A stretch of 64,000 nt of DNA from a bacterium (GTDB taxonomy: Bacteria; UBA8248). The position numbers and the translations under genes are program-made. The notes beneath the pieces are model-generated. The model made no database searches, was not told the origin of the DNA, and was given only the letters and a program-made list of their open reading frames with translations. The stretch covers positions 3,296,001 to 3,360,000 of the forward strand of contig OZ244799.1 in the NCBI GenBank assembly GCA_965219955.1, given 5' to 3'. Below, piece after piece: positions 8,498 through 17,752 of the stretch (its first letter is position 1; each line of letters begins with the position of its first letter).

Positions 8498-10288
8498 ATG
8501 ATGAAAATGCTCAAGCTTTTGGGATTGACGGTATTTGTCGTGTGCATTGCGGCATTTGCCTCCGGCTGCGGCGGCGGTGGCGGCGGCTCTGCGATGACGC
8601 CGGAGGAACCGCCGCCGGTGATGGAATGCCCGGAGGGTCAGGTCGGGACGTACCCGGACTGCACGGAACCGGGGCCGACGGATGAGCAAAGGATAGCCGC
8701 GGCGAGGCAAATACTCGCAGACAACCTCACTGACGCCCGCAGTCTGGCGCTAGCGGCGAGTTCGGTGGCGGCAGCGGTGCAGTTCCACCCCGACGCCACG
8801 GCGGAGCAGGTAGATCTTGCTCTCGGTTATGCAGCCGACGCGCAAGCGGCCCTGGCGGCTGTCGAGGCCGCGAGGGACGCCGGGAATGCGGCCGCCGCCA
8901 CGCTCACGCAGGCGCAAGCCGCGGTGACGGCCGCGCAGGCGGCGCTTAATGACCTGACGGCCGCGCAATCGGCGGCGGCGGGCATCCAGAGCGCCGTGGA
9001 AGCGGTTGCGAGCCAGCGCCAACAAATGCAAGCGAACGAGGCCGCCCTGACGAACAACTCCTCGCTCATCCAGCATGTGAGAGCCAACAAGATCCTCTCC
9101 GACGCGCTGTTGGAGGATCTGGAGCCCGCCCGGCTTGTTGGAGGTCGGGCCGGGGTCACCGACGGTTCTGACCCGCAAATTGCTGAAGATGATACCGAGT
9201 CGTGCACTGCGCCGTGCGCCACGTTCCCTGCGAATACCGGGACCGGCGCAACAGCGGTCGTCGGACAGCGGGGAGTTCGGGTGGGAACCCTTATTTCGAA
9301 CAGCACGACGCCTGCGCTTACCGGAACGGGCCGCCTTCCCTATGGATTCAATCTGGAAATGGAAGACACCCCCTCTGCTGATATTACCACCTTCATCAAC
9401 GCCTACACGGACATTTCGCAAACGCGGCTCAAGGTAAGAAGAAGAACGAATTTCCTGGAAGACGATGCTGCGGAAGGCGATCGGCGGTATGAAGAAGTAG
9501 ATGTGGCAGACACCGACTATCTGCTCGCCGGAATCTGGATGACGGTGAACAACGCCAATCTGGGCGAATCTCAGATACAAGCCTTCGCGTATGGGAGCCA
9601 GCCCATCGTCGCATCTTTCAATTTCTGTAGTGGTATTGAAGGCCCTACTGATCCGGTATCTACAATGGTAACATCAACAGCTACTCCAGCGGTAACAACG
9701 ACGACTACAAGAGCATGTGCGCCGACTGAAGGATTAAGCACCATCGCCGGCGCCAATGGATTTGTGGACGAAGGCAAAGACGTGACGGCCACCTACACGG
9801 GGGATGCGAACGGCGCCTACATCGCGGGAGGAGATACGAGTTATTTCACCGGGAGCGTCGAACTCACGGCCGAGTTCCAGAACCCGATAACTCAAGGAAA
9901 CATGGTTGCTGAGGATGGCAAGGGCAGCATTCAGGGTTCGGTCACGAACATCACCTCCGGTGGACAGTCAATCGTGGGCAGCATCGAGCTTCAAAAACAG
10001 ACCCTTGGAAATGATATAAACACCGCTTTTGCTGGTGCGGCCGTCGGCGTGGTGGACGGCAAATCCTTCGGCGGCAATTGGAGGGGCCAGTTCTTCGGAC
10101 TGAGACACAAACCCAAAACCACGGAAACGGTAACGGATAGAACGGATCCTCTTGCTATAACAACTACCATAACAACGACGTACAAGCCCGATGCACCCGG
10201 TTCGGTTGCGGGAACCTTTTTCGTCAAGCAGCTGAGCAACCCGGCTGGAGAGGCCGCCTTCATCGGCGCGTTCGGGGCGCACAGGTAA
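8498..10288 (+). CDS. Second surface lipoprotein, paralogous architecture (Ala-rich stalk, TbpB-like barrel)
   Basis: Start at ATG 8498 (MMKMLKLLGL...ASGC GGGGGG lipobox). DYLLAGIWM, TATYTGDANGAY, LTAEF, IQGSVTNI, WRGQFFG, VAGTF, FIGAFGA parallel the motifs of lipoprotein 1. Confidence 0.75.
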   Translation: MMKMLKLLGLTVFVVCIAAFASGCGGGGGGSAMTPEEPPPVMECPEGQVGTYPDCTEPGPTDEQRIAAARQILADNLTDARSLALAASSVAAAVQFHPDATAEQVDLALGYAADAQAALAAVEAARDAGNAAAATLTQAQAAVTAAQAALNDLTAAQSAAAGIQSAVEAVASQRQQMQANEAALTNNSSLIQHVRANKILSDALLEDLEPARLVGGRAGVTDGSDPQIAEDDTESCTAPCATFPANTGTGATAVVGQRGVRVGTLISNSTTPALTGTGRLPYGFNLEMEDTPSADITTFINAYTDISQTRLKVRRRTNFLEDDAAEGDRRYEEVDVADTDYLLAGIWMTVNNANLGESQIQAFAYGSQPIVASFNFCSGIEGPTDPVSTMVTSTATPAVTTTTTRACAPTEGLSTIAGANGFVDEGKDVTATYTGDANGAYIAGGDTSYFTGSVELTAEFQNPITQGNMVAEDGKGSIQGSVTNITSGGQSIVGSIELQKQTLGNDINTAFAGAAVGVVDGKSFGGNWRGQFFGLRHKPKTTETVTDRTDPLAITTTITTTYKPDAPGSVAGTFFVKQLSNPAGEAAFIGAFGAHR

Positions 10289-10552
10289 CGGAGCAGGACG
10301 CCTTCGGCCTCGGGGCTTCATCGCCCCGGAGCCTCAGGCGGGCGAAGGAAAAGGAAGAAGAGTGGAAAAGGGGGTTGCCCGTTGGTTGCTTCCCTCGTGA
10401 TAGAGCAAACAGTACCGCTCCTGGTTATGAGTTTGAGTCCTCGAGCCGGGAACGGGAACAACGGGCAGCCCCTGTTCTCGCTTCATCGAAGCAAGCCGGC
10501 ACCCCGACTCGGCCTGCACCTCGGGGAATGTGTCGCAGCAGTTCCCACACTC

Positions 10553-11320
10553 GGGGGTTTTTCAACAACCCCTGAAAGCAGCCCTTCGAGGGGTGTCGGC
10601 CCTTTCCTCCACAGACCACGCGTTTTCGCCTCCCCGCCTTGAAAGGACAGCGCCGAGGAGGGGCTGTCCTTTATCCCCCGACAAGGGTCTGTTGAAAAAA
10701 TCCCCTGAGGGAGCGCGTTGAATTTCACTCCCCCCTTGAGGAGGGGGAGTCGGCAAGACGAGGGCGAAGCCCGAAGTCGCGCCGGTGGGGGGACATGCCA
10801 CAGAGTAAACCTCCCCCCACCGAATCGGCCTTCGCAAAAAACGCTCGGCCTCTTCGTCTGGCTTTCCCCTCGGGAAGCCAGACCCTCAAGGGCCTGTTGA
10901 AAAAGTCCTCTCCGCCTCATCCTGAGTAGCGGCGGAGCCGCGTATCGAAGGATGCCCTCTCACCCGGCGCGAGGTGTTCGACTCCCCGCGCCCTTCGATA
11001 CGCCGCCCTTCGACAAGCTCAGGACAGGCTCTTCGGCGGCTACTCAGGGTGAGGAAAGAGGCGTTGGCGGTTTGTGGAGGGGCAGACCAGGCTTTTTCAA
11101 CAGCCCCCTCAAGGGGGGAGTGGTTCCTCTCTCGTCGGTCGGTTACTTACGACAAATAATGAGAGGCGTTGTGAGATTCTCCGGAAGGGTTTTGTAGCAG
11201 GACAACCCAAAAGGGTTGTCCTGGCCTCCGTGGTTGTCCTTCGTCAGGACAGGCACGGAGGGCTGTCCCTACAGCGAACAATCTCGAAGGTCGGATAGGA
11301 CTTTTTGGGCAACCCCTCAC
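10553..11320. repeat. Nested REP/MITE cluster
   Basis: CACTCCCCCCTTGAG...CTCAAGGGGGGAGTG palindrome interrupted by an element 10890-11106 (GGGCCTGTTGAAAAAG...CTTTTTCAACAGCCC) flanked by a CCTCAA direct repeat; it encloses a CTCATCCTGAG-type pair. GTAG-REP near 11246-11272. Confidence 0.85.
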
Positions 11321-11619
11321 CACCCGGGTTCGCGCGCGCGTTTGCCCGCATTTGCCGTCACCGGGCATTCTCCGGAGGAGGCGATAATCCCGCGCGGGAA
11401 AGGGAGCATCAAACCGGCGGGAGGAGGGGAGAAATGGAAAGGGTGTTCCGGTTCGATCGGAGGGTCGCAGGCCCTCTTTCTTCCGGTCGGCGAACCGCAG
11501 CCGCTCCCCGTCCGCGTTCGGCCCGCGAACCGGAATTTCCGAAAAATAAGATAAAATTGGATAAATTCACGAGGTTTTTCGATAAATTAAAAAATGTTAT
11601 CTTGTTGATAAATAATAAG

Positions 11620-12468
11620 TTATCTGGTTTTCGTCTTCGGGGCGGCGATGATGTAGGTGGGCGCCGCCCGCCCCGGAATCTCGATCTCATCGCGCACCCA
11701 CAACTGCGAACTCGAGCCGCCGTCGAGGTTCATGGCGTCGCGGACGCCGAGGCCGCCCTCCGATTCGGGCAGCGCGAGGAACTCCTGAAGCTCGCACCAG
11801 GAGATGCCGCGCGTCTCGGCCTCGCTCACCAGGACGACGAGCCTGTCCCCGGCGTCCAGGGCGACCACCGTCCTCCTCGTGGCGCGCAGGTATTCCCGGT
11901 AGCGGGACAACCCCTGAACGGGCTTCCCGTCCTCGACGAGGAGAGGCCCCGCCTGGAACGCTTCGCTGACGCCCGCATCCTCGAACTTTTCGCGGGAAAC
12001 GATTTCGGGCCGGCCGCCGCTGCGCCCTGCGGTGAACACCGCTCCGTAATGCAGGAACGTCTTGCGCCCCCGGTACAGCACGCGGCTGTTGAACACCTTG
12101 CCGCCCGAGCGGAAATACCCCATGGGCCGGCCTTTTTCGTCATAATAGCCGGCGTTGAGAACCACGGCGGCGCCCGGCTTTTTGCCGATGGCGCCGAAGT
12201 CGACGGGTGAGAACCACTCTGATTTCTCGCGCCAGTGGAGCCTGATTTCAAAGTCCTGATGCCGCAGGCGAACCGCCTTCATCCGCGCGGTCGCGCCGTT
12301 TTCGAACCGGATTCGAACGTCCCGCGTTTCCAGCGGCAGGGTTCGCCCCGGCGTCCAGCGGCCGTCGCCCACGGGCCGGCCCTTGAGAGGACAATCGGAT
12401 GCGGCCGCCGCGGGCCGGACGGCCACAAGAGAGCCGACAATCAAAATCAACACCAGCAAACGCTTCAT
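11620..12468 (-). CDS. Phosphodiester glycosidase (NAGPA-like) family secreted protein
   Basis: Signal peptide MKRLLVLILIVG...AAA; LNAGYY, QAGPLLV, RRTVVA, AMNLDGGSSSQL motifs. Confidence 0.85.
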   Translation of the reverse strand: MKRLLVLILIVGSLVAVRPAAAASDCPLKGRPVGDGRWTPGRTLPLETRDVRIRFENGATARMKAVRLRHQDFEIRLHWREKSEWFSPVDFGAIGKKPGAAVVLNAGYYDEKGRPMGYFRSGGKVFNSRVLYRGRKTFLHYGAVFTAGRSGGRPEIVSREKFEDAGVSEAFQAGPLLVEDGKPVQGLSRYREYLRATRRTVVALDAGDRLVVLVSEAETRGISWCELQEFLALPESEGGLGVRDAMNLDGGSSSQLWVRDEIEIPGRAAPTYIIAAPKTKTR

Positions 12469-12523
12469 GGCGAAAAGCCCCTCAACGCCGCCAACCCCGC
12501 TTCCGTCCGACTGCGCGCAATGA

Positions 12524-14134
12524 CTAGAAACCAGCCGCGCAGCCATCCCTCCGGTGGTCGGAACCACCCATGAAAACGCCGTCATCCAGCCGGACGATTC
12601 CCTGCCCGCCGCCGAAGCCCTCATAGCCGCCTGCGCGGCGGACGTCGTGGCCGCGCGATTCCAGCTCCCGGAGCACGGCCTCCGGCACGCCGCTCTCTAT
12701 CGCCACCGCCCGGCCACCCAGAACGCGAAAACGCGGCGCTTCGATGGCCTCCTGGACGTCCATGCCGAAATCCACCATGTTCGAGAGCACCTGCACGTGG
12801 CCCTGGGGCTGCATGTCGCCTCCCATGACGCCGAAACTCATCCAGGGTTCTCCGTCTTTCATCACGAAACCGGGAATGATGGTGTGCAGGGGCCGCTTTC
12901 CGGGCGCGATGCAGTTCGGGTGGCCTTCTTCCAGCACGAAGCCGCTGCCCCGGTTCTGGAGCATGATGCCCGTCTCGCCCCCGGTGACGCCGGAGCCGAA
13001 ATGATGGAACAGGCTGTTGATGAACGAGCACATGTTGCCCCGGGAATCCGCCACGGTGAGGTAAATCGTGTCGTTCCAGGTGTCGGGAATCCCGGCTGCG
13101 GGGCTGCCGGCTTTCTTTTCATCGATGAGCTTGCGCCTTTCATCGGCATACCCTGAAGACAGCAGCCCTTTCAGGGGCACGTCCGCCCTGGCCATATCCG
13201 CGACGTAGCGGTCCCTGTCCGCAAAAGCGAGCTTCATCGCCTCGATCACGACGTGGAGATGCTCGGCCGAGCCGTAACTCATCTCCCCGAAAGGATAAGC
13301 GTCGATGAGATTCAGGCATATCAGCGCCGTGACGCCCTGCCCCGAGGGCGGTATCTCGCAAAGCTCATGGCCGCGGTAGGATGCGCGAATCGGCTCGACC
13401 CATTCAGATTTCGTGGCGGCGAAATCTTCCAGTTCGAACAAACCCCCGATTTCCTTCGTGTAGCGGACGATCTCCTCGGCTATCGGGCCTTCGTAGAAAG
13501 CCTCACGCCCGCCACCGGCTATCACCCGCAGGGATTCTCCCAGCTTCGGGTTCCGGAATCTTTCTCCGATCTTCGGCGAACGTCCCGCCGGCAGATAGGT
13601 TCGCCGCGAGTATGCGCACTTTTCCAGCTTTTCCGTCTGGTTCGCCCATGCGCGGCCGATGATGGGAGAGAGGGGAAACCCGTCTTCCGCGTATTGAATC
13701 GCCGGCCCCAGAAGCTCCGGCATTGTCTTTTTGCCGCTGCCGCATCGCTCGTGGGCGGCGAACCAGCCATCCACCGCACCGGGAAGGGTGCAGGAATAAA
13801 TTCCCGTCACCGGCATGGAGGAAAATTCCCGGTAACGCGAGAACGTGGCCCTGGCCGGACTCTTTCCGCTGCCGTTCAAGCCCAGGAGTTCCTTCGCATC
13901 GGCGTCCCAGTAGAGCATGAACATGTCCCCGCCGACACCCGTGGATTGCGGCTCCACCACGTTCAATGCCGCGGCTGCGGCGATGGCCGCGTCCATGGCG
14001 TTTCCGCCTTCTCTCAGTATCTGGAGACCCGCTTCGGCAGCCAGGGGCTGGCTGGTCGCCACCAAGCCCCCCGCCGCGAATACGGGGGAGCGTCCTGCGG
14101 CCAGCGCCGTCCTTGTCGTCGGCTCTTTCAACAT
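12524..14134 (-). CDS. ggt: Gamma-glutamyltransferase family protein
   Basis: GGNAMDAAIA, DTIYLTVAD (nucleophile Thr), LQNRG, KRPLHTIIP, GVMGGDMQPQG; start at ATG 14134 after RBS AAGGAG. Confidence 0.93.
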   Translation of the reverse strand: MLKEPTTRTALAAGRSPVFAAGGLVATSQPLAAEAGLQILREGGNAMDAAIAAAAALNVVEPQSTGVGGDMFMLYWDADAKELLGLNGSGKSPARATFSRYREFSSMPVTGIYSCTLPGAVDGWFAAHERCGSGKKTMPELLGPAIQYAEDGFPLSPIIGRAWANQTEKLEKCAYSRRTYLPAGRSPKIGERFRNPKLGESLRVIAGGGREAFYEGPIAEEIVRYTKEIGGLFELEDFAATKSEWVEPIRASYRGHELCEIPPSGQGVTALICLNLIDAYPFGEMSYGSAEHLHVVIEAMKLAFADRDRYVADMARADVPLKGLLSSGYADERRKLIDEKKAGSPAAGIPDTWNDTIYLTVADSRGNMCSFINSLFHHFGSGVTGGETGIMLQNRGSGFVLEEGHPNCIAPGKRPLHTIIPGFVMKDGEPWMSFGVMGGDMQPQGHVQVLSNMVDFGMDVQEAIEAPRFRVLGGRAVAIESGVPEAVLRELESRGHDVRRAGGYEGFGGGQGIVRLDDGVFMGGSDHRRDGCAAGF

Positions 14135-14167
14135 CCACTCCTTTAGAAGATCCAAGAACTTATCGGT

Positions 14168-15235
14168 TTATGCGTCGCATATTTTCGACCGTTCTCTACC
14201 GCGGAGAAAAACCATCTCACACACCTCTCCGCCGCCAGATGAAGCCATGGCGCCGGGCCCGACGATACACCTTTTCAAAATGGAATTCTCTCCAATCATC
14301 CCGCCCGGAAAGAGGATGGATTCTCGCGCCACGGCGTTATTCCCAAGAGTAGCACCCGCCATCATTGCAGTGAAGGGGCCCGCTCGCGCATTTTTTTGGA
14401 TGACGACATCGGGACCCATCAAGACGGGAGGCTCGATGCTGCCCTCTCCCCATTTCATGACGGGGCCTTCTATCAACAAAAACCCCTTTGGGGGCCAACT
14501 GAAATCCGGCGCGAATTCACCGGACACGACGTCCATGTTCGCCTGCAAATACCGCGACGGCGTGCCGACGTCCATCCAATAGGAATCGCTCAAAACCGCT
14601 CCGATCCGCGCGCCGCTCTCCATCAACCGGGGATAAACTTGCGTTGAAATATCCCACGCCACGCCCGCAGGGATATGACTCAACATTTCAGGGGACATGA
14701 TGCTCAACCCGGTGAACATCGCCTGGCTCAGTTCGCCCTGCGGAATCCCCGGCGCGCTCGCACCCAAAAATTTTCGCAAACGCCCTGCCTCATCAAATTC
14801 GAGCACCCCGTACTCTTCAGCCTCAGGGGAGCGCCTGAGAATGAGGGTGGCGAGAAAATCTCCCTCTCGATGATGGTCCAGCGCCGCTTTCAGATCCGCA
14901 CCACACAGCGCATCCGCGTTGATGACGAAAAAAGGCTCGTTCTTCTCGCACAAAAACGCCTCCGCATTCCTGATTCCACCGGCGGTGCCCAAAATCTCGG
15001 GCTCGTGGAAATAGTGGATATGGACGCCATGCGCATAGTCGCCCAAAGCGGAGCGAATTTTCTCCGCGCCATGGTGCAAATTGACTGCGGCTTCTTTCAC
15101 ACCGAGAGCCGCCAATTTCTCCAGCGCAAAACCGATGAGCGGCACGCCGCCCAAGGGCAGAAGCGGCTTGGGAATCTCCTCTCCCAATGCTCCCAATCTT
15201 GTCCCATAACCAGCCGCCATCACGAACGCCCGCAT
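14168..15235 (-). CDS. NDP-sugar synthase / mannose-1-phosphate guanylyltransferase-like nucleotidyltransferase
   Basis: MAAGYGTRL...PKPLLP, EPEILGTAGG, WMDVGTP, C-terminal hexapeptide repeats. Confidence 0.85.
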   Translation of the reverse strand: MRAFVMAAGYGTRLGALGEEIPKPLLPLGGVPLIGFALEKLAALGVKEAAVNLHHGAEKIRSALGDYAHGVHIHYFHEPEILGTAGGIRNAEAFLCEKNEPFFVINADALCGADLKAALDHHREGDFLATLILRRSPEAEEYGVLEFDEAGRLRKFLGASAPGIPQGELSQAMFTGLSIMSPEMLSHIPAGVAWDISTQVYPRLMESGARIGAVLSDSYWMDVGTPSRYLQANMDVVSGEFAPDFSWPPKGFLLIEGPVMKWGEGSIEPPVLMGPDVVIQKNARAGPFTAMMAGATLGNNAVARESILFPGGMIGENSILKRCIVGPGAMASSGGGEVCEMVFLRGRERSKICDA

Positions 15236-15337
15236 TGCGCGCACCTTTCCTGGCTTAAAATCATCTTTCCTTTTGCTCCGGGAACAAAACAAAACCGGGC
15301 ATTGCAGTCTGCCCGGCTTGTTTGATTTTCTATATGA

Positions 15338-17671
15338 CTACCCTGCTTCGACGCCTTCTTTGTGAATAGCCATGGCGACGCTCTCCGGCGTGATGGGCAG
15401 CTTGGTGAAACGATGACCGACGGCATCGCGCACGGCATTGGAAATCGCGGCCAACGTGGGCACCAGGGAACTCTCTCCCACACCCTTGGCGCCGTAGGGC
15501 CCTGTCTCATTGGCCGCTTCCACGATAATGGTGGTGAACTCGGGCGTATCCATCGAGACGGGAATCTCGTATCGGGCCAGATCCGGCGTAAGGACGCGGC
15601 CATCATGCACGTCGATTTCCTCGATCAGGGCTTGTCCGAGACCCATCTCGATACCCCCTTGAATCTGCCCGACTACCCCTTGCGGGTTGATGGCCCGTCC
15701 CACGTCATGGGCGGCGACCATGCGCCTCACCCAGACCTCTCCCGTACCCGGGTCGACCGCAACGTCCGCGACCTGCACGCCATAGCTGTACACCATGAAC
15801 GGCTCGCCCTCTCCTGTTTCGGGGTTGAACGTCAAGGGGCCGGTGCTGAACCAGCCCTGGCCTGTAATCTGCTTGCCGACCAAAAGCGCCTGCGAGACCA
15901 CCTCGCCAAACGAGATAGAACGCTCAGGCGCGCTTTTGACGAACACGCGCCCATTCCTGAAAGCGATGTCTTCGGCCGGCCCCTCGAGCATCTCCGCCGC
16001 TACGGGGGACAGGATATTCCGAACTTCCGCGATGGCCTCGCAAATCGCATTGCCGGGAATGGTGGTGGAGCGCGAACCAGCCGTAAAACCACTCTCGGGA
16101 ACGGCATCGGTATCCACCTGCATGACGCGCACGTCCTCAAAGCGCACGCCCATCGCTTCCGCCGCTATCTGGGCCAGCACCGTGTGCGAACCCTGCCCGA
16201 GCTCGATGATTCCTACACCTACCTGGACTTTACCGTCATCGGTGACATGAATCTGCGCGCCGCAGGAATCAGACGGCGAGGCGGCGCCCGTGGAATACCA
16301 AAAACCCGCCATTCCACGCCCGTACAGCAGGCCCCCTCCGTTTGCGTTTTCCCGCGGATGCGGCCCGAGCGCATTTTCCGCTTCGTCGAGACAATCCATG
16401 TACCCCACACTCTGGTCCAACACCTGGCGGGTTGCAGTCGAAGAACCGAGTTTGTAGCCGTTCAGTCGCCTCAGTTCGAAGGGGTCCATTCCGAGTGAGA
16501 GCGCCAGTTCATCCATCTGGCTCTCAATCGCAAAATGCACCTGGGGAACGCCCAAGCCACGCATCGCGCAGGTATTGATGTTGTTCGTGAGCACGAGATA
16601 GCCGTCGGCCCAGACGTTGTCGCATTCATATGCACCGGAGGAATGGATGATGAGCTTTTTGATGATGCCGGGTCCTACCGCGGCGTACGGGCCTTTGTTG
16701 AGATAAATATGGATGCGCATGGCGGTGATTTTACCGTCTTTCCTGGCGCCGATTTTATGCCGGATCACCGCAGGCACTCGTTTCGCCTTGCCGCCCAGGG
16801 ATTCTTCCCTCGTGTAGTTGTAGATGGCGGGGCGACCTGTCTTAAGCGCGACCAAGCCCGCCCGCATGGCGATTTCGATGGAGGTTTCCTCTTTTCCACC
16901 GAAACCGCCACCCGGTGGCGTTGAGATGAACTGAATCTCGTTTTGCCCCAAACCCAGCACCGGAGCGATGACGCGCCTCACCATATGCGGGCACTGGGTG
17001 GGCCCCGTGCAGGTGATGGAGCCATCGGGGTTGGGAACCACATAGCCCGCATCTGGCTCAAGATAAGCGTGATCGATGAACTGCGTTTCGTACGTATCCT
17101 CCAGAATCACGTCCGCCTCGGCGAAACCCTCTTCCACATCTCCTTTTCGAATTTTCAGGTGGGTGAGCACATTGCCTTTGGCCACCGGATGCTCCGGCTG
17201 GACAACAGGGGCGTCATCTTTCAGGGCGTCCTGTGTCTCGAAAACAGCCGGAAGCGCTTTGGCTTTGATTTTCACCAACCCGGCTGCGAACTCCGCCTGC
17301 TCCAGCGTGTCCGCCGCCACAATGGCCACGACATCCTGAAGTGAATAGATGCGCTTATCCACCAAAGCCGGCTGATCGGGAATCAACATACCGTAGAGTT
17401 TCTGGCCGGGGATGTCCTTCGCGGTCAGGACACAGGCGACGCCCGGCGCATTTTCCGCCTTGGTCGTGTCGACCCGCTCCAGTGTTCCGCAAGCGATAGG
17501 AGCTGTCACCGGAACAACGTACAGCGGATTGAACAGTTTGTGGTCCGCAGCGAATACGGGCGAACCATCCGCCTTGGGTGGCCCATCCACCCGGGGCATG
17601 TCGGCGCCGATGAGATCCCCATCGTCATCAGGTCCACCGAACATCTCTTGGTAAAAACGTTCTGACATCAC
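15338..17671 (-). CDS. Xanthine dehydrogenase-family molybdopterin-binding subunit
   Basis: HAYLEP, GGGFGGK, AMRGLGVPQ, ELGQGSHT, GQIQGG, GPYGAKGVGE motifs. Confidence 0.92.
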   Translation of the reverse strand: MMSERFYQEMFGGPDDDGDLIGADMPRVDGPPKADGSPVFAADHKLFNPLYVVPVTAPIACGTLERVDTTKAENAPGVACVLTAKDIPGQKLYGMLIPDQPALVDKRIYSLQDVVAIVAADTLEQAEFAAGLVKIKAKALPAVFETQDALKDDAPVVQPEHPVAKGNVLTHLKIRKGDVEEGFAEADVILEDTYETQFIDHAYLEPDAGYVVPNPDGSITCTGPTQCPHMVRRVIAPVLGLGQNEIQFISTPPGGGFGGKEETSIEIAMRAGLVALKTGRPAIYNYTREESLGGKAKRVPAVIRHKIGARKDGKITAMRIHIYLNKGPYAAVGPGIIKKLIIHSSGAYECDNVWADGYLVLTNNINTCAMRGLGVPQVHFAIESQMDELALSLGMDPFELRRLNGYKLGSSTATRQVLDQSVGYMDCLDEAENALGPHPRENANGGGLLYGRGMAGFWYSTGAASPSDSCGAQIHVTDDGKVQVGVGIIELGQGSHTVLAQIAAEAMGVRFEDVRVMQVDTDAVPESGFTAGSRSTTIPGNAICEAIAEVRNILSPVAAEMLEGPAEDIAFRNGRVFVKSAPERSISFGEVVSQALLVGKQITGQGWFSTGPLTFNPETGEGEPFMVYSYGVQVADVAVDPGTGEVWVRRMVAAHDVGRAINPQGVVGQIQGGIEMGLGQALIEEIDVHDGRVLTPDLARYEIPVSMDTPEFTTIIVEAANETGPYGAKGVGESSLVPTLAAISNAVRDAVGHRFTKLPITPESVAMAIHKEGVEAG

Positions 17672-17752
17672 AAACCTCCGCTCATGAAAAACCTATGGTT
17701 TCGATATGATGGAATTGATTTGAATGATTGCAAGGAAACAGCCGCCAATCGC

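Noticed and set aside
6433-10288. Diversity-generating retroelement or shufflon acting on the lipoproteins
   Set aside because: No reverse transcriptase, no template/variable repeat pair differing at adenines, and I found no copies of the 12-bp crossover core within the genes. A trans-acting DGR cannot be excluded.
11535-11625. AT-rich patch as a replication origin
   Set aside because: No DnaA boxes (TTATCCACA) or replication genes nearby.
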